Source of the DNA: Pseudidiomarina andamanensis
Lineage (GTDB): Bacteria > Pseudomonadota > Gammaproteobacteria > Enterobacterales > Alteromonadaceae
Assembly (NCBI RefSeq): GCF_009734345.1
Contig: NZ_CP032551.1
Span: 2,160,001 to 2,192,000, forward strand
Direction of reading: 5' to 3'
Length of the DNA stretch: 32,000 nucleotides
The translations under genes were made by a program, and so were the position numbers. Each line of letters begins with the position of its first letter. Position 1 is the first letter of the stretch. Shown here in pieces: positions 8,737-17,771 of the stretch. Below the pieces are notes generated by a model. That model did not search any database. It was not told the DNA's origin and saw only the letters and a list, made by a program, of their open reading frames with translations.

Positions 8737-9365
8737 AGCAAATAGCAAACCTCTACGTACTTGAACTGCGGCCCAATAACGAAACGTTAACCTTTAAGCG
8801 GGTAATGATTGCGGTGGCTGCTGTATTGGTTATAGGCATTTTTAGCTCCGTTGCGATGACTTTGTGGGCAAACCAAGCTGAAGTAGATACACAACGTATG
8901 GCGCATAGCTTGAGTCAGGCTCAACAGCAGCTTATAGCGAAGCAAAATGAGTTGCGTGCAGCGATGAGTGATCCCAAAGTTGCACACCAAATTGAGCAGA
9001 TTGAACTTGATTTAGGGCAGCGCCAACGCTTGCTTCAACAAATGCAGAGTGTGACGCAAACGCAAGAGGCGAGCTTTGCTCAGGTGCTGGAAGAGTTAGC
9101 GCGCGCTGATACCGATGCTATCTGGCTTCAACGTATTTTAATTGCGAACGGGCAACTAACATTGCAGGGTAGAACGGCAGATGCTAGTGCGCTGCCATTA
9201 TGGTTAGCTAGTTTTTCAAATTATGACACGCTGAGTGGTCGGCAATTTGGCGTCTTTGAATTAAGAGACGAGGACGCAACAGGTGTTCTCGATTTCACGG
9301 TCGGTAGCTTGCAGCACAGTAGTTTACTTGCGCGCCCTAGAGCGAATTCAGGAGCAGCGCGATGA
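8733..9365 (+). CDS. MSHA biogenesis protein MshI2 (PilN-like bitopic membrane protein)
   Basis: A single N-terminal TM helix (VMIAVAAVLVIGIFSSVAMTLWA) is followed by a coiled-coil, Q-rich segment. There are ATGA overlaps at both ends. The position matches the PilN-like second half of MshI in other MSHA loci. Confidence 0.65.
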   Translation: MKQIANLYVLELRPNNETLTFKRVMIAVAAVLVIGIFSSVAMTLWANQAEVDTQRMAHSLSQAQQQLIAKQNELRAAMSDPKVAHQIEQIELDLGQRQRLLQQMQSVTQTQEASFAQVLEELARADTDAIWLQRILIANGQLTLQGRTADASALPLWLASFSNYDTLSGRQFGVFELRDEDATGVLDFTVGSLQHSSLLARPRANSGAAR

Positions 9366-10006
9366 AAGAGCAATGGCTAATCTGGCAACAAAAATTTGAA
9401 TCGGTTGATGTGAAGCGTCGCCGAATTTGGCTTATCGCTGCGTTGTTTCTAATTATTTATTTGAGTTATTGGTTTGGTTTACGCCCAGCTCTTGAAATCA
9501 TTAAATCAGAGACGACTAAGCAGGAAATGCAACAAGGTCAAATAGACCAAGTGCTTCAAGAAGTAAAACAAATAGAGCAACGTTTGGCCGGTGATCCTCA
9601 AGCGGCGCAGCGTCGCCGCTTAGAGCAATTGCAAGCACGTTTGCTGCAAGTAGATGAGCAACTGAACAAAGAAGCAAATTACGTTAGCGCTGCGGATAAT
9701 CGAGCTCTACTGCGAGCGCTACTAAATCAAGCTAGCAACGTCAAAGTTCAGTCGGCACAGGCGCTGCCTGCCGAACTTATTTATCAAGATGAAATAAGCC
9801 AAGACACCGGTATATTTCGTCATCGCTTACAACTGGTTATTCGCGGAAATTATTTTTCGCTAAGTAATTATCTGCAACAGCTTGAGAAGTTGGAGTGGTC
9901 ATTCTACTGGCAACGCTTAGATTATAATGTACTGCAAGCGCCTGAAGCAGAATTGACGTTAGAGATTTATACCATCAGCTTGGAGCGTGATTATGTTGCG
10001 AGTTAG
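9362..10006 (+). CDS. mshJ: MSHA biogenesis protein MshJ (PilO-like)
   Basis: It has an N-terminal TM helix (IWLIAALFLIIYLSYWFGL), then a coiled coil (QQGQIDQVLQEVKQIEQRL) and a C-terminal globular part. The call rests on operon position. Confidence 0.65.
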   Translation: MKEQWLIWQQKFESVDVKRRRIWLIAALFLIIYLSYWFGLRPALEIIKSETTKQEMQQGQIDQVLQEVKQIEQRLAGDPQAAQRRRLEQLQARLLQVDEQLNKEANYVSAADNRALLRALLNQASNVKVQSAQALPAELIYQDEISQDTGIFRHRLQLVIRGNYFSLSNYLQQLEKLEWSFYWQRLDYNVLQAPEAELTLEIYTISLERDYVAS

Positions 10007-10346
10007 TGGGTTACTCATCGCATTGCTTGTAAGTTCGTCAAGTCTGGCGTTTCAGGAGTTGCGTGATCCAACTGCACCACCTCGCGTACTTGAACGCGCT
10101 GGCAGTCCAAAACTGGTGAAAGAAAAATTGAAGCTACAGTCAATTCAATGGTTCGGCGATCAGCGAATGGCCCTAATTGATGGGCAGTGGAAACAAGTTG
10201 GTGAGACGGTTGGCTCCTACCGTGTGACAGCAATTGAAATGAGAGAAGTCAGTTTGCGTGATATGCGTACAAATAAAGATTTAACGATACGGCTGTTTGG
10301 CTTTTCAACAGAAACACCCAAACCAGCAGCAGGGAGCTATTTATGA
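9993..10346 (+). CDS. mshK: MSHA biogenesis protein MshK (small secreted or periplasmic protein)
   Basis: The ORF opens at the GTG at 9987. The ATG at 9993 is preferred, with GGAG 7 nt upstream. There is a signal peptide, MLRVSGLLIALLVSSSSLAFQ. The protein is about 117 aa, lies immediately before the secretin gene, and shares an ATGA overlap with mshL. Confidence 0.6.
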   Translation: MLRVSGLLIALLVSSSSLAFQELRDPTAPPRVLERAGSPKLVKEKLKLQSIQWFGDQRMALIDGQWKQVGETVGSYRVTAIEMREVSLRDMRTNKDLTIRLFGFSTETPKPAAGSYL

Positions 10347-11992
10347 TTCGAGCAGGCTTGATAAGCATCGGCTTACTTTTGGTAGCCGCCTGTGCCCATC
10401 AACCAGAGCGTCAGCCTGTAGAGGCTCAGCGCGCGCTGCAAGAACGGTCATCTGGTAAAGCTGGCATGGAACGTCCGCCACTACCGGCATCGGTGCGCGA
10501 AAGCCTGCGTGGTCAAAATAATCAGTTACGCGAAGCGGGCGAGCAACTATTGGCTGAACCGCGCTTTTCAATTGCCGCAAATGAAGTGCCTGCTGCTCAG
10601 TTTTTTGCGGGTTTAACAACTGACTCGCCGTATAACATTGTGGTTCACCCTGACGTTGCTGGCACTATTACCGTGAGCCTTAAAGATGTCACATTAACCG
10701 AAACTTTAGATGTCATTGCTGACATCTATGGTTATCAAGTGCGCAAAGAGCGCAACATGATTCGGGTGTTCCCAGCTGGCTTGCGCAGTGAAACCATTGC
10801 GTTGGATTATCTGGCTCTGCGCCGTATGGGGCTATCACAAACTAGCGTAAGCTCGGGTGGTGTGAAGGATAGTGATCGCAACGGCGGTAACAACAATCAA
10901 TATGGTGGCAACGCCAATAATAACTTGCTGGGTAACCAGGGCGGTGTGAATAACAATAATCCGCAGTCGCAAAACCTCAATGGTATGCAAACCAACGGTT
11001 CATCTATTAGTAGCTCTTCTGAAACCGACTGGTGGAGTGAATTACAGGCAATTATCGAAGGTATTATTGGGCCGGGTGAAGGGCGCCGCGTGGTTGTAGC
11101 GCCGCAAGCAGGTTTGGTAACCGTAACGGCTTTACCGAGCGAGTTGCGCGCTGCTCGGGAGTTTCTTGAGTCAGCACAGCGCCGTTTGCAACGCCAAGTT
11201 ATTCTTGAGGCGCGCATCGTCGAGGTCGCACTGAATGACGATTATCAGCAAGGCATTAACTGGAACGATATTTTCAAGGCCGGCAACTCAGTAGGCTCAA
11301 TCAGCATGAGTGGCTCCGGTATCGTGGGTAATAGCTTGGGCGGCGTATTTGGAATGACCCTGAACGTGGGAGAGTTTACAGGTGCATTAAACCTGTTACA
11401 GACGCAAGGAAACGTACAGGTACTGTCGAACCCTCGTGTGAGTGCGGCGAATAATCAAAAAGCAGTGATCAAGATTGGTGAAGACGAATACTTTGTGACG
11501 AATGTTTCAACAACCACAGTTACTGGTACCGCAACCACGTCGACCCCGAATATCGAATTGACGCCATTCTTCTCTGGTATCTCGTTAGATATTACACCGC
11601 AAATCAGCGAAGACGGTGAAGTGATTTTGCATGTGCATCCATCGGTAGTTGAAACGACTGAACAAGAAAAAGTGGTTAAGCTGAACAATGACACCTTTGT
11701 ACTGCCATTAGCTCAAAGTAACATTCGTGAAAGTGACACTATCGTGAAAGCTCGTAACGGTGAAATAGTGGTCTTGGGTGGCTTGATGCAAACTTCGTAC
11801 ACCGACACTGAAGCGAAAGCGCCGTTGTTGGGAGATATTCCGGTCGTCGGTAATCTGTTCAAAAACAAACGCCGCGTAGAGCAGAAAAAAGAGCTCGTGA
11901 TATTGATCCGTCCAACTGTAGTTGGGGTGGATACTTGGCAGGACGAACTGGACCGTTCTAGCGAAATTTTGAAGCAATGGTACGGAAACTGA
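10343..11992 (+). CDS. mshL: MSHA pilus secretin MshL (outer-membrane secretin lipoprotein)
   Basis: The lipoprotein-type signal is LLLVAAC. The secretin C-domain signatures are LLQTQGNVQVLSNPRVSAANNQKAVIKIGEDEYF and PLLGDIPVVGNLFKNKRRVEQKKELVILIRPTVV. AGGGAG lies upstream of the start. Confidence 0.9.
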   Translation: MIRAGLISIGLLLVAACAHQPERQPVEAQRALQERSSGKAGMERPPLPASVRESLRGQNNQLREAGEQLLAEPRFSIAANEVPAAQFFAGLTTDSPYNIVVHPDVAGTITVSLKDVTLTETLDVIADIYGYQVRKERNMIRVFPAGLRSETIALDYLALRRMGLSQTSVSSGGVKDSDRNGGNNNQYGGNANNNLLGNQGGVNNNNPQSQNLNGMQTNGSSISSSSETDWWSELQAIIEGIIGPGEGRRVVVAPQAGLVTVTALPSELRAAREFLESAQRRLQRQVILEARIVEVALNDDYQQGINWNDIFKAGNSVGSISMSGSGIVGNSLGGVFGMTLNVGEFTGALNLLQTQGNVQVLSNPRVSAANNQKAVIKIGEDEYFVTNVSTTTVTGTATTSTPNIELTPFFSGISLDITPQISEDGEVILHVHPSVVETTEQEKVVKLNNDTFVLPLAQSNIRESDTIVKARNGEIVVLGGLMQTSYTDTEAKAPLLGDIPVVGNLFKNKRRVEQKKELVILIRPTVVGVDTWQDELDRSSEILKQWYGN

Positions 11993-11999
11993 GACCGCT

Positions 12000-12914
12000 A
12001 TGTATCAAAAGCATTACGGCTTAACCGAACTACCATTTACGCTGACGCCGAATACGAGTTTCTATTGTGATCTCGAAGGCCACCGCGCCGCGCTAGAGGT
12101 ATTGTTAACCGCACTGCGTACCGGAGAGGGCTTCATCAAAGTTGTTGGTGAGGTAGGCACTGGTAAAACGCTGTTGTGTCGTAAATTGCTGAACGAATTA
12201 CCGGAAACCTATGTAACGGCGTACATTCCTAACCCATTTTTGAATCCAGATGAACTGCGAGCGCAAGTTGCTCGCGAGCTTCAAGTTGATATCTCTGAAG
12301 CAAGTAGTCAACAGCTCGTGACTCAAGCGATACAACAACGGCTGATGGAAATTAATGCAGCCGGAAAAACGGTGGTGATTGTACTTGATGAAGCTCAAGC
12401 GTTACCAAGTGATTCGCTCGAAGCTCTGCGTCTTATCTCGAACCTTGAAACCGAGACGCGAAAACTACTGCATATTATTTTATTTGGACAACCTGAGTTG
12501 AATGAAAGGTTAGCAGCGCGCGAGCATCGCCAATTGCGTCAACGCATATCGTTCAGCTACCACTTGCAAGCGATGACGGTACATGAATTAGCACGCTATA
12601 TCTCTCACCGTTTGCATGTAGCAGGCTACAAGGGTGCACCAATTTTCAACGGCAAGGTAGTAAGTATGTTGCATCAAGCGAGCCGCGGTATTCCTCGGCT
12701 TGCCAACGTGTTGTGCCATAAAGTGCTGTTGTTATGTTACGGCGAAGGCGTTTATCCGGTTACTCCAAAACATGTACGCACGGCGGTAGAAGACACCGAA
12801 GATGCGACCTTACCGAAACGTACTTGGCATTGGTGGGTACTAGGCGCTTTAGCTACTGCTGCAGTGGCATTCTGGGGTTATCACCAGCAATGGTTTGCTG
12901 GAGGTAGCCTATGA
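12000..12914 (+). CDS. mshM: MSHA biogenesis protein MshM (ExeA/GspA-like AAA ATPase)
   Basis: Walker A is GEVGTGKT and Walker B is VIVLDEAQ. There is a C-terminal TM helix (WWVLGALATAAVAFWGY). The position after the secretin gene fits MshM. Confidence 0.85.
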   Translation: MYQKHYGLTELPFTLTPNTSFYCDLEGHRAALEVLLTALRTGEGFIKVVGEVGTGKTLLCRKLLNELPETYVTAYIPNPFLNPDELRAQVARELQVDISEASSQQLVTQAIQQRLMEINAAGKTVVIVLDEAQALPSDSLEALRLISNLETETRKLLHIILFGQPELNERLAAREHRQLRQRISFSYHLQAMTVHELARYISHRLHVAGYKGAPIFNGKVVSMLHQASRGIPRLANVLCHKVLLLCYGEGVYPVTPKHVRTAVEDTEDATLPKRTWHWWVLGALATAAVAFWGYHQQWFAGGSL

Positions 12915-14050
12915 GCGTCATTAACCGCATGCTGCGTGATCTCGATCAACGGCAACAGCAAAATAGTCGGCACACCTATACTCCGGCGGCTGTAGCACCC
13001 CAACCAATTCATTGGGCGTGGATAGTCGGCATTCTAGTTGTCAGTTTAGCGGTCATCGTTGGCGTTTTAAATCTGTGGTGGATGTACAATTCACATCCAG
13101 TTTCGACCGAAGTCGAGTCAGCGCCAATTGTCCAGACAAATCCGGCCGAATTGCGTCAAGCCATCGCTAAAACAGAAGAACTGGTTGCCGAGACGATAGA
13201 AAAAGATGCGACGCAACAGTCTGAATCGACAGTAGAAAAAGCGACAGCTGATACCAACAAGTCAAAAGCAATCGTTGATGTAGCAGCGTTACCGAAGGCA
13301 CAAGATTCGGTGCAAGTTAAAGTGCAACCGAAGCAGCCAGCGGTGAATCCAGAGCCTATAACCGTTCAAACGAGCACTGAGCCAGAACCGACGCCGGAGC
13401 CAACCCCAAAAGTTACCAAGAAACAGCCAGCGACAAGCTCATCCAATTCATTCAGTGTTGAGCGAGTGCAATTATCACCGCAACAGTTGGCTGATACGAA
13501 TTTATCCAAAGCTCGCGAAGCTTTGCAAAAGGGTGAGCAGGCTCGGGGGCAAGAATTATTAGAAAAAGCGCTCGTAGTGAAACCAGACCATGTGCAAGTG
13601 CGCTCAGAATTGGCTGCTTATTGGTATGGGCGAGGGTTAACCAGTCGCGCTACAACCCTATTGCAGCAGGGATTAGATTTAAAACCTCAACAAACTGAGT
13701 GGCAATTATTGCTAGCTCGAATCTATGAAAGAATCGGTCGCATTGAACAGGCTTACAACGTTCTTAGTGTGATTCCAATGCAAGCTCCAGAAACTCCCGA
13801 ACTGTTGCAATTGCGCGCATCGTCGGCAACGCAACTTGGCTATTTTAGTGAAGCCGCCGCTGACTATACGGCACTAGCAGTGCAAACGGGCGAAGGCCGT
13901 TGGTGGCTTGCGGCTGCAGTAGCGCATGAAGATGCTAGCAATATTGAGGCTGCCGTACGCAGCTATCGACAAGCTGTTCAGCAGCCCGACTTAGGTCAGG
14001 ATGCCCGATTGTATATTGAACAGCGACTTGCCGTGCTGGAGGGATTCTAA
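12911..14050 (+). CDS. mshN: MSHA biogenesis protein MshN (bitopic TPR-repeat protein)
   Basis: It shares an ATGA overlap with mshM. A TM helix (WAWIVGILVVSLAVIVGVLNLWW) is followed by a low-complexity acidic, Pro/Thr-rich linker (EPEPTPEPTPK) and C-terminal TPR-like repeats (ALQKGEQARGQELLEKALVVKPDH..., YERIGRIEQAYNVL). Confidence 0.75.
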   Translation: MSVINRMLRDLDQRQQQNSRHTYTPAAVAPQPIHWAWIVGILVVSLAVIVGVLNLWWMYNSHPVSTEVESAPIVQTNPAELRQAIAKTEELVAETIEKDATQQSESTVEKATADTNKSKAIVDVAALPKAQDSVQVKVQPKQPAVNPEPITVQTSTEPEPTPEPTPKVTKKQPATSSSNSFSVERVQLSPQQLADTNLSKAREALQKGEQARGQELLEKALVVKPDHVQVRSELAAYWYGRGLTSRATTLLQQGLDLKPQQTEWQLLLARIYERIGRIEQAYNVLSVIPMQAPETPELLQLRASSATQLGYFSEAAADYTALAVQTGEGRWWLAAAVAHEDASNIEAAVRSYRQAVQQPDLGQDARLYIEQRLAVLEGF

Positions 14051-14051
14051 G

Positions 14052-15815
14052 ATGCGTCCACGTTTAAAAATGCGCCTCGGTGATTTACTTGTTCAAGACG
14101 GCATGATTACCGAAAGCCAATTGCAGCAAGCACTCGCTGATCAGAAACAGAACGGTCGAAAACTTGGTGTGACGCTCATTGATCTTGGGTTTATTGATGA
14201 GCATGACTTGTTAGAGTTTTTAGCGCGTCAATTGAATATTCCACTGATTGAACTAGGTGACCGTAAAATTTCACAGCAAGTTGTGAACTTAATTCCAGAA
14301 GTTCAGGCACGCCGTCATCGTGCGTTAGTCATTGAGGCTGATGACCAAATGGCGCTCGTTGGCATGAGCGACCCTGCTGACCTTGCCGCAGTGGATGCGA
14401 TCTCCCAATATTTACAGCCGCGTGAAATGAAACTTGCGGTAGTGCCCGATGCTGATTTACTGGAAGCGTTTGATAACCTTTACCGTCGCACCAAAGACAT
14501 TGCCCAGTTTGCTAAAGAACTACAAACAGAAACTCAAGATGGCGCGGAATTCGATCTTGGCGCGTTGTCGCTTGATGATGACGAGGACGACGCAACGGTT
14601 GCAAAACTCTTACAGTCGATTTTTGCTGATGCAGTGCAGGTTCGCGCTTCGGACATTCATATCGAGCCAGATGATCGGGCGCTACGCATTCGAATGCGCG
14701 TGGATGGTGTCTTACAAGAAAACGTGCTGACGGAAACCAACATTGCCAATGCCTTGTTATTACGTTTGAAGCTGATGGCTGGTTTGGATATTTCAGAAAA
14801 ACGCTTGCCACAAGATGGCCGTTTTAATATCAAAGTACGTGACCATTCCATTGACGTGCGGGTATCGACCATGCCGGTCCAGTATGGTGAATCGTGTGTG
14901 ATGCGTTTGCTAGATCAGTCTGCAGGTCTATTACAGCTTGAGCAGACTGGTATGCCTGAGCATATTCTCAAGCGCGTACGCCGATTGATTCATCGTCCAT
15001 ACGGCATGTTGATTGTGACCGGTCCGACAGGTTCAGGTAAAACGACTACCTTATATGGTGCGCTAAGTGAGCTGAACCAGGCTGAAAAGAAAATTATTAC
15101 CGTTGAAGACCCAGTTGAATATCGTTTACCACGTATTTCGCAGGTACAGGTAAACAGTAAAATCGGACTTAACTTCTCAAATGTATTGCGCACCACCTTG
15201 CGTCAAGATCCTGACATTATCATGGTGGGTGAGATGCGTGATCACGAAACCGTAGAAATTGGTCTGCGAGGCGCAATTACCGGTCACTTAGTATTAACCA
15301 CCTTGCATACCAATGACTCCATTACGAGTGCGTTGCGATTAATCGATATGGGCGCAGCTCCTTATTTAGTTGGCGCCGCTTTGCGCGGCGTTCTCGCGCA
15401 GCGCCTGATTCGTCGAGTGTGTGACAACTGTAAGACAACCGATAAACCCGAAGCAGCAGAACTCACGTTGTTGCGCCGTATGGACCCGAGTATTCCAGCT
15501 GACGGCAGTGGCTTTGTTCGTGGTAAAGGTTGTCGTAGTTGCAATCACACCGGCTACAAAGGCCGAATTGGTGTATTCGAACTTTTAGAAATGAATGAAA
15601 CTATGATTGATGCGCTACGCGACAGCAATATGCGCGAATTTGCACAAGCAGCGCGCCAATCTGAAGGATTTAAACCGTTAGCGAGTGTTGCGTTGGAGTA
15701 CGCGCGTGAAGGTATTACTTCGCTTGATGAAGTACTGTTCTTGGCTGAAACCGTTGAAGAGAAAGAATTACGGATAACCGCATCCACCACTGAGGGTGAC
15801 GATGGCGAACTTTAA
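14052..15815 (+). CDS. mshE: MSHA pilus extension ATPase MshE (GspE/PilB family) with an N-terminal c-di-GMP-binding MshEN domain
   Basis: The ORF opens at 14001. The ATG at 14052 is preferred: it lies 1 nt after the mshN stop, with GGAGGGA upstream. Tandem 24-aa motifs RLGDLLVQDGMITESQLQQALADQ and KLGVTLIDLGFIDEHDLLEFLARQ are present. Walker A is GPTGSGKTTT, Walker B is DPDIIMVGEMRD, and the His box is GHLVLTTLHTN. There is a tetra-Cys motif, CDNC...CRSC. Confidence 0.95.
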   Translation: MRPRLKMRLGDLLVQDGMITESQLQQALADQKQNGRKLGVTLIDLGFIDEHDLLEFLARQLNIPLIELGDRKISQQVVNLIPEVQARRHRALVIEADDQMALVGMSDPADLAAVDAISQYLQPREMKLAVVPDADLLEAFDNLYRRTKDIAQFAKELQTETQDGAEFDLGALSLDDDEDDATVAKLLQSIFADAVQVRASDIHIEPDDRALRIRMRVDGVLQENVLTETNIANALLLRLKLMAGLDISEKRLPQDGRFNIKVRDHSIDVRVSTMPVQYGESCVMRLLDQSAGLLQLEQTGMPEHILKRVRRLIHRPYGMLIVTGPTGSGKTTTLYGALSELNQAEKKIITVEDPVEYRLPRISQVQVNSKIGLNFSNVLRTTLRQDPDIIMVGEMRDHETVEIGLRGAITGHLVLTTLHTNDSITSALRLIDMGAAPYLVGAALRGVLAQRLIRRVCDNCKTTDKPEAAELTLLRRMDPSIPADGSGFVRGKGCRSCNHTGYKGRIGVFELLEMNETMIDALRDSNMREFAQAARQSEGFKPLASVALEYAREGITSLDEVLFLAETVEEKELRITASTTEGDDGEL

Positions 15816-17025
15816 GTATCGAGGTCGCGATAACGGCGGCCAACCAGTGCAAGGCGTCATTGAAGCGGCGAGTGAAAGCTCAGCTGCAGATAGCCTATTG
15901 CGTCGGGGCATTACCCCGCTGGCGATACAAGTGGAAAAGGTGGAAGTGAAGTCAACTTCAACCTCCGGTGGATTATTTCAACAACGTATTAGTCATGTTG
16001 ATTTGATAATCTTTACGCGGCAGATGTACTCACTGACTAAAGCTGGAATACCGCTGTTGCGTGCCATGGAAGGGTTAGCGGAGAATACCAGTAACAAACG
16101 CTTTGGTACGGTATTAAAAGATTTAGTCGAACAGTTAGAGCGCGGTCGTCAGTTATCTTCCGCAATGGCCTCTCATCCGCGCGTGTTCCCGCGCCTGTTA
16201 GTTGCGATTGTGCATGTGGGTGAAAATACGGGTGAGTTAGAAGGCGCATTTTTACAGCTTTCAGATTATTTAGAAAAAGAACAAGAAACGCGTAAAGCGA
16301 TTAAGTCGGCGCTACGATATCCCATGTTTATCATGCTGGCGTTAGTGGCTGCGGTCGTGATCATTAACATCTGGGTTATTCCACCCTTTGCGCAAATGTT
16401 TGCGAATTTTAATGTGGATTTACCATTACCGACGCGCATTATTCTCGCCACCTCAAATTTCTTCGTAAATTGGTGGCCACTGATGCTCGGAGTGGTTGTA
16501 GTGGCGATTGCAGGCACAATCAACTACGTTAAAACCGTACCGGGGCGAATGGTTTGGGATCGATTTAAAACACGTATGCCGGTGGTCGGCGATATCGTCA
16601 TGCGTTCGTTGTTAGCTCGGTTTGCGCGTACCTTCGCGGTGATGTTGCAAGCGGGCGTGCCGTTAACACAAGGCTTAGGTTTAGTTGCTGAAGCCGTTGA
16701 TAACAGTTGGATGAGCGGACGCATAAATGACATGCGCCGCAATATTGAGCGCGGTGAAAGCTTGACGCGTACGTCGCGTAATAGTGAGTTATTCACCCCG
16801 TTAGTATTACAAATGATAGCGGTCGGCGAAGAAACAGGGCGTGTCGACGAAATGTTATTTGAAGTGGCGGGATATTACGAACGCGAAGTCGACTATGATC
16901 TGAAGAGTTTGACCGCACGCATCGAGCCGATTTTATTGGTCTTTGTTGCGATCATTATCACCATTATGGCATTAGGTGTGTTTTTACCAATGTGGGAAAT
17001 GATGGATGCGTATCGAGGTCGATAA
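15802..17025 (+). CDS. mshG: MSHA pilus platform protein MshG (GspF/PilC family polytopic membrane protein)
   Basis: The ORF opens at the GTG at 15796. The ATG at 15802 is preferred, with GAGGG 6 nt upstream, and it overlaps the mshE end. The protein begins MANFKYRGRDNGGQPVQG, a start typical of this family. It has two GspF-type repeats (FTRQMYSLTKAGIPLLRAM / FARTFAVMLQAGVPLTQGL) and three hydrophobic TM segments. Confidence 0.92.
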   Translation: MANFKYRGRDNGGQPVQGVIEAASESSAADSLLRRGITPLAIQVEKVEVKSTSTSGGLFQQRISHVDLIIFTRQMYSLTKAGIPLLRAMEGLAENTSNKRFGTVLKDLVEQLERGRQLSSAMASHPRVFPRLLVAIVHVGENTGELEGAFLQLSDYLEKEQETRKAIKSALRYPMFIMLALVAAVVIINIWVIPPFAQMFANFNVDLPLPTRIILATSNFFVNWWPLMLGVVVVAIAGTINYVKTVPGRMVWDRFKTRMPVVGDIVMRSLLARFARTFAVMLQAGVPLTQGLGLVAEAVDNSWMSGRINDMRRNIERGESLTRTSRNSELFTPLVLQMIAVGEETGRVDEMLFEVAGYYEREVDYDLKSLTARIEPILLVFVAIIITIMALGVFLPMWEMMDAYRGR

Positions 17026-17063
17026 TTAACCTTAAATTAACAAATTCAGATAACCATTAATAT

Positions 17064-17092
17064 TTGCAGGGTTTTGTTATAAAAATCATAAT
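17064..17092 (+). promoter_or_regulatory. Candidate sigma70 promoter for the pilin genes mshB and mshA
   Basis: TTGCAG (17064-17069), a 17-nt spacer, then CATAAT (17087-17092), about 20 nt upstream of the mshB ATG. GGGGAATAAGGG acts as the ribosome-binding region. Confidence 0.35.
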
Positions 17093-17112
17093 AAACCTAC
17101 GGGGAATAAGGG

Positions 17113-17724
17113 ATGCAAGCAGTGCAGACAAAAATTACTTCAACAGCGAAGCAATCGGGTTTTACTCTGATTGAGCTGATTATTGTTGTTGTTATTCTGG
17201 GTTTGTTGGCTGCCTCGGCACTGCCACGCTTTACCAGTGTGACAGCGGATGCCGAAGATGCGGCAGTTGAAGGCGTTGCCGGTGGCTTTGCTAGCGCGGT
17301 AGGCCTTGTGCGCGCAGAATGGGAGCTACGTGGTCGTCCACAGGGTAACGCCGATGGTGCTGGCGCCGTTGTTGTCATGGATGGCATTAGCGTTAACGTG
17401 GATGGAAGCACCGGCTACCCAGTCAGTGGCGACAACAATCTCAATGCCCACGATTTAAACATTACCAGCGAAGATTGTCGTACCACGATGCAAGCTATTT
17501 TGCAGGGTGCACCAACCGCTACCACCAGTTTTACCCTTCTGGGTGAAAACCGTTATTACGTGACCCGCGAAAATAACGGAACCAATGATATTTGCGTGTA
17601 TTACTTAGCAAATACCATTAAAAACTTGGCTTCAGCGCCAAGTGGCACCGACTATCTCTCCGTCGGTAACGTGTTTGTTTACAACCCACGTACCGGTGGG
17701 GTCAGTATTTTTAGTAATAATTAG
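17113..17724 (+). CDS. mshB: Type IVa prepilin, MshB-like
   Basis: It has a prepilin leader plus methylation motif, MQAVQTKITSTAKQSG/FTLIELIIVVVILGLLA, with Glu at +5, and two Cys residues that could form a disulfide loop. Its position between mshG and mshA fits MshB. Confidence 0.7.
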   Translation: MQAVQTKITSTAKQSGFTLIELIIVVVILGLLAASALPRFTSVTADAEDAAVEGVAGGFASAVGLVRAEWELRGRPQGNADGAGAVVVMDGISVNVDGSTGYPVSGDNNLNAHDLNITSEDCRTTMQAILQGAPTATTSFTLLGENRYYVTRENNGTNDICVYYLANTIKNLASAPSGTDYLSVGNVFVYNPRTGGVSIFSNN

Positions 17725-17771
17725 TTTATACTTCGGGGAATACTCCTTAATTTTTTAAAAGGGAAAGCGTT

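Noticed and set aside
17097-17411. A 104-aa minus-strand ORF overlapping the 5' half of mshB.
   Set aside because: It is an Ala/Pro/Ser-rich shadow of the GC-rich Ala/Gly-coding stretch of mshB. The + strand frame carries an unmistakable prepilin motif.
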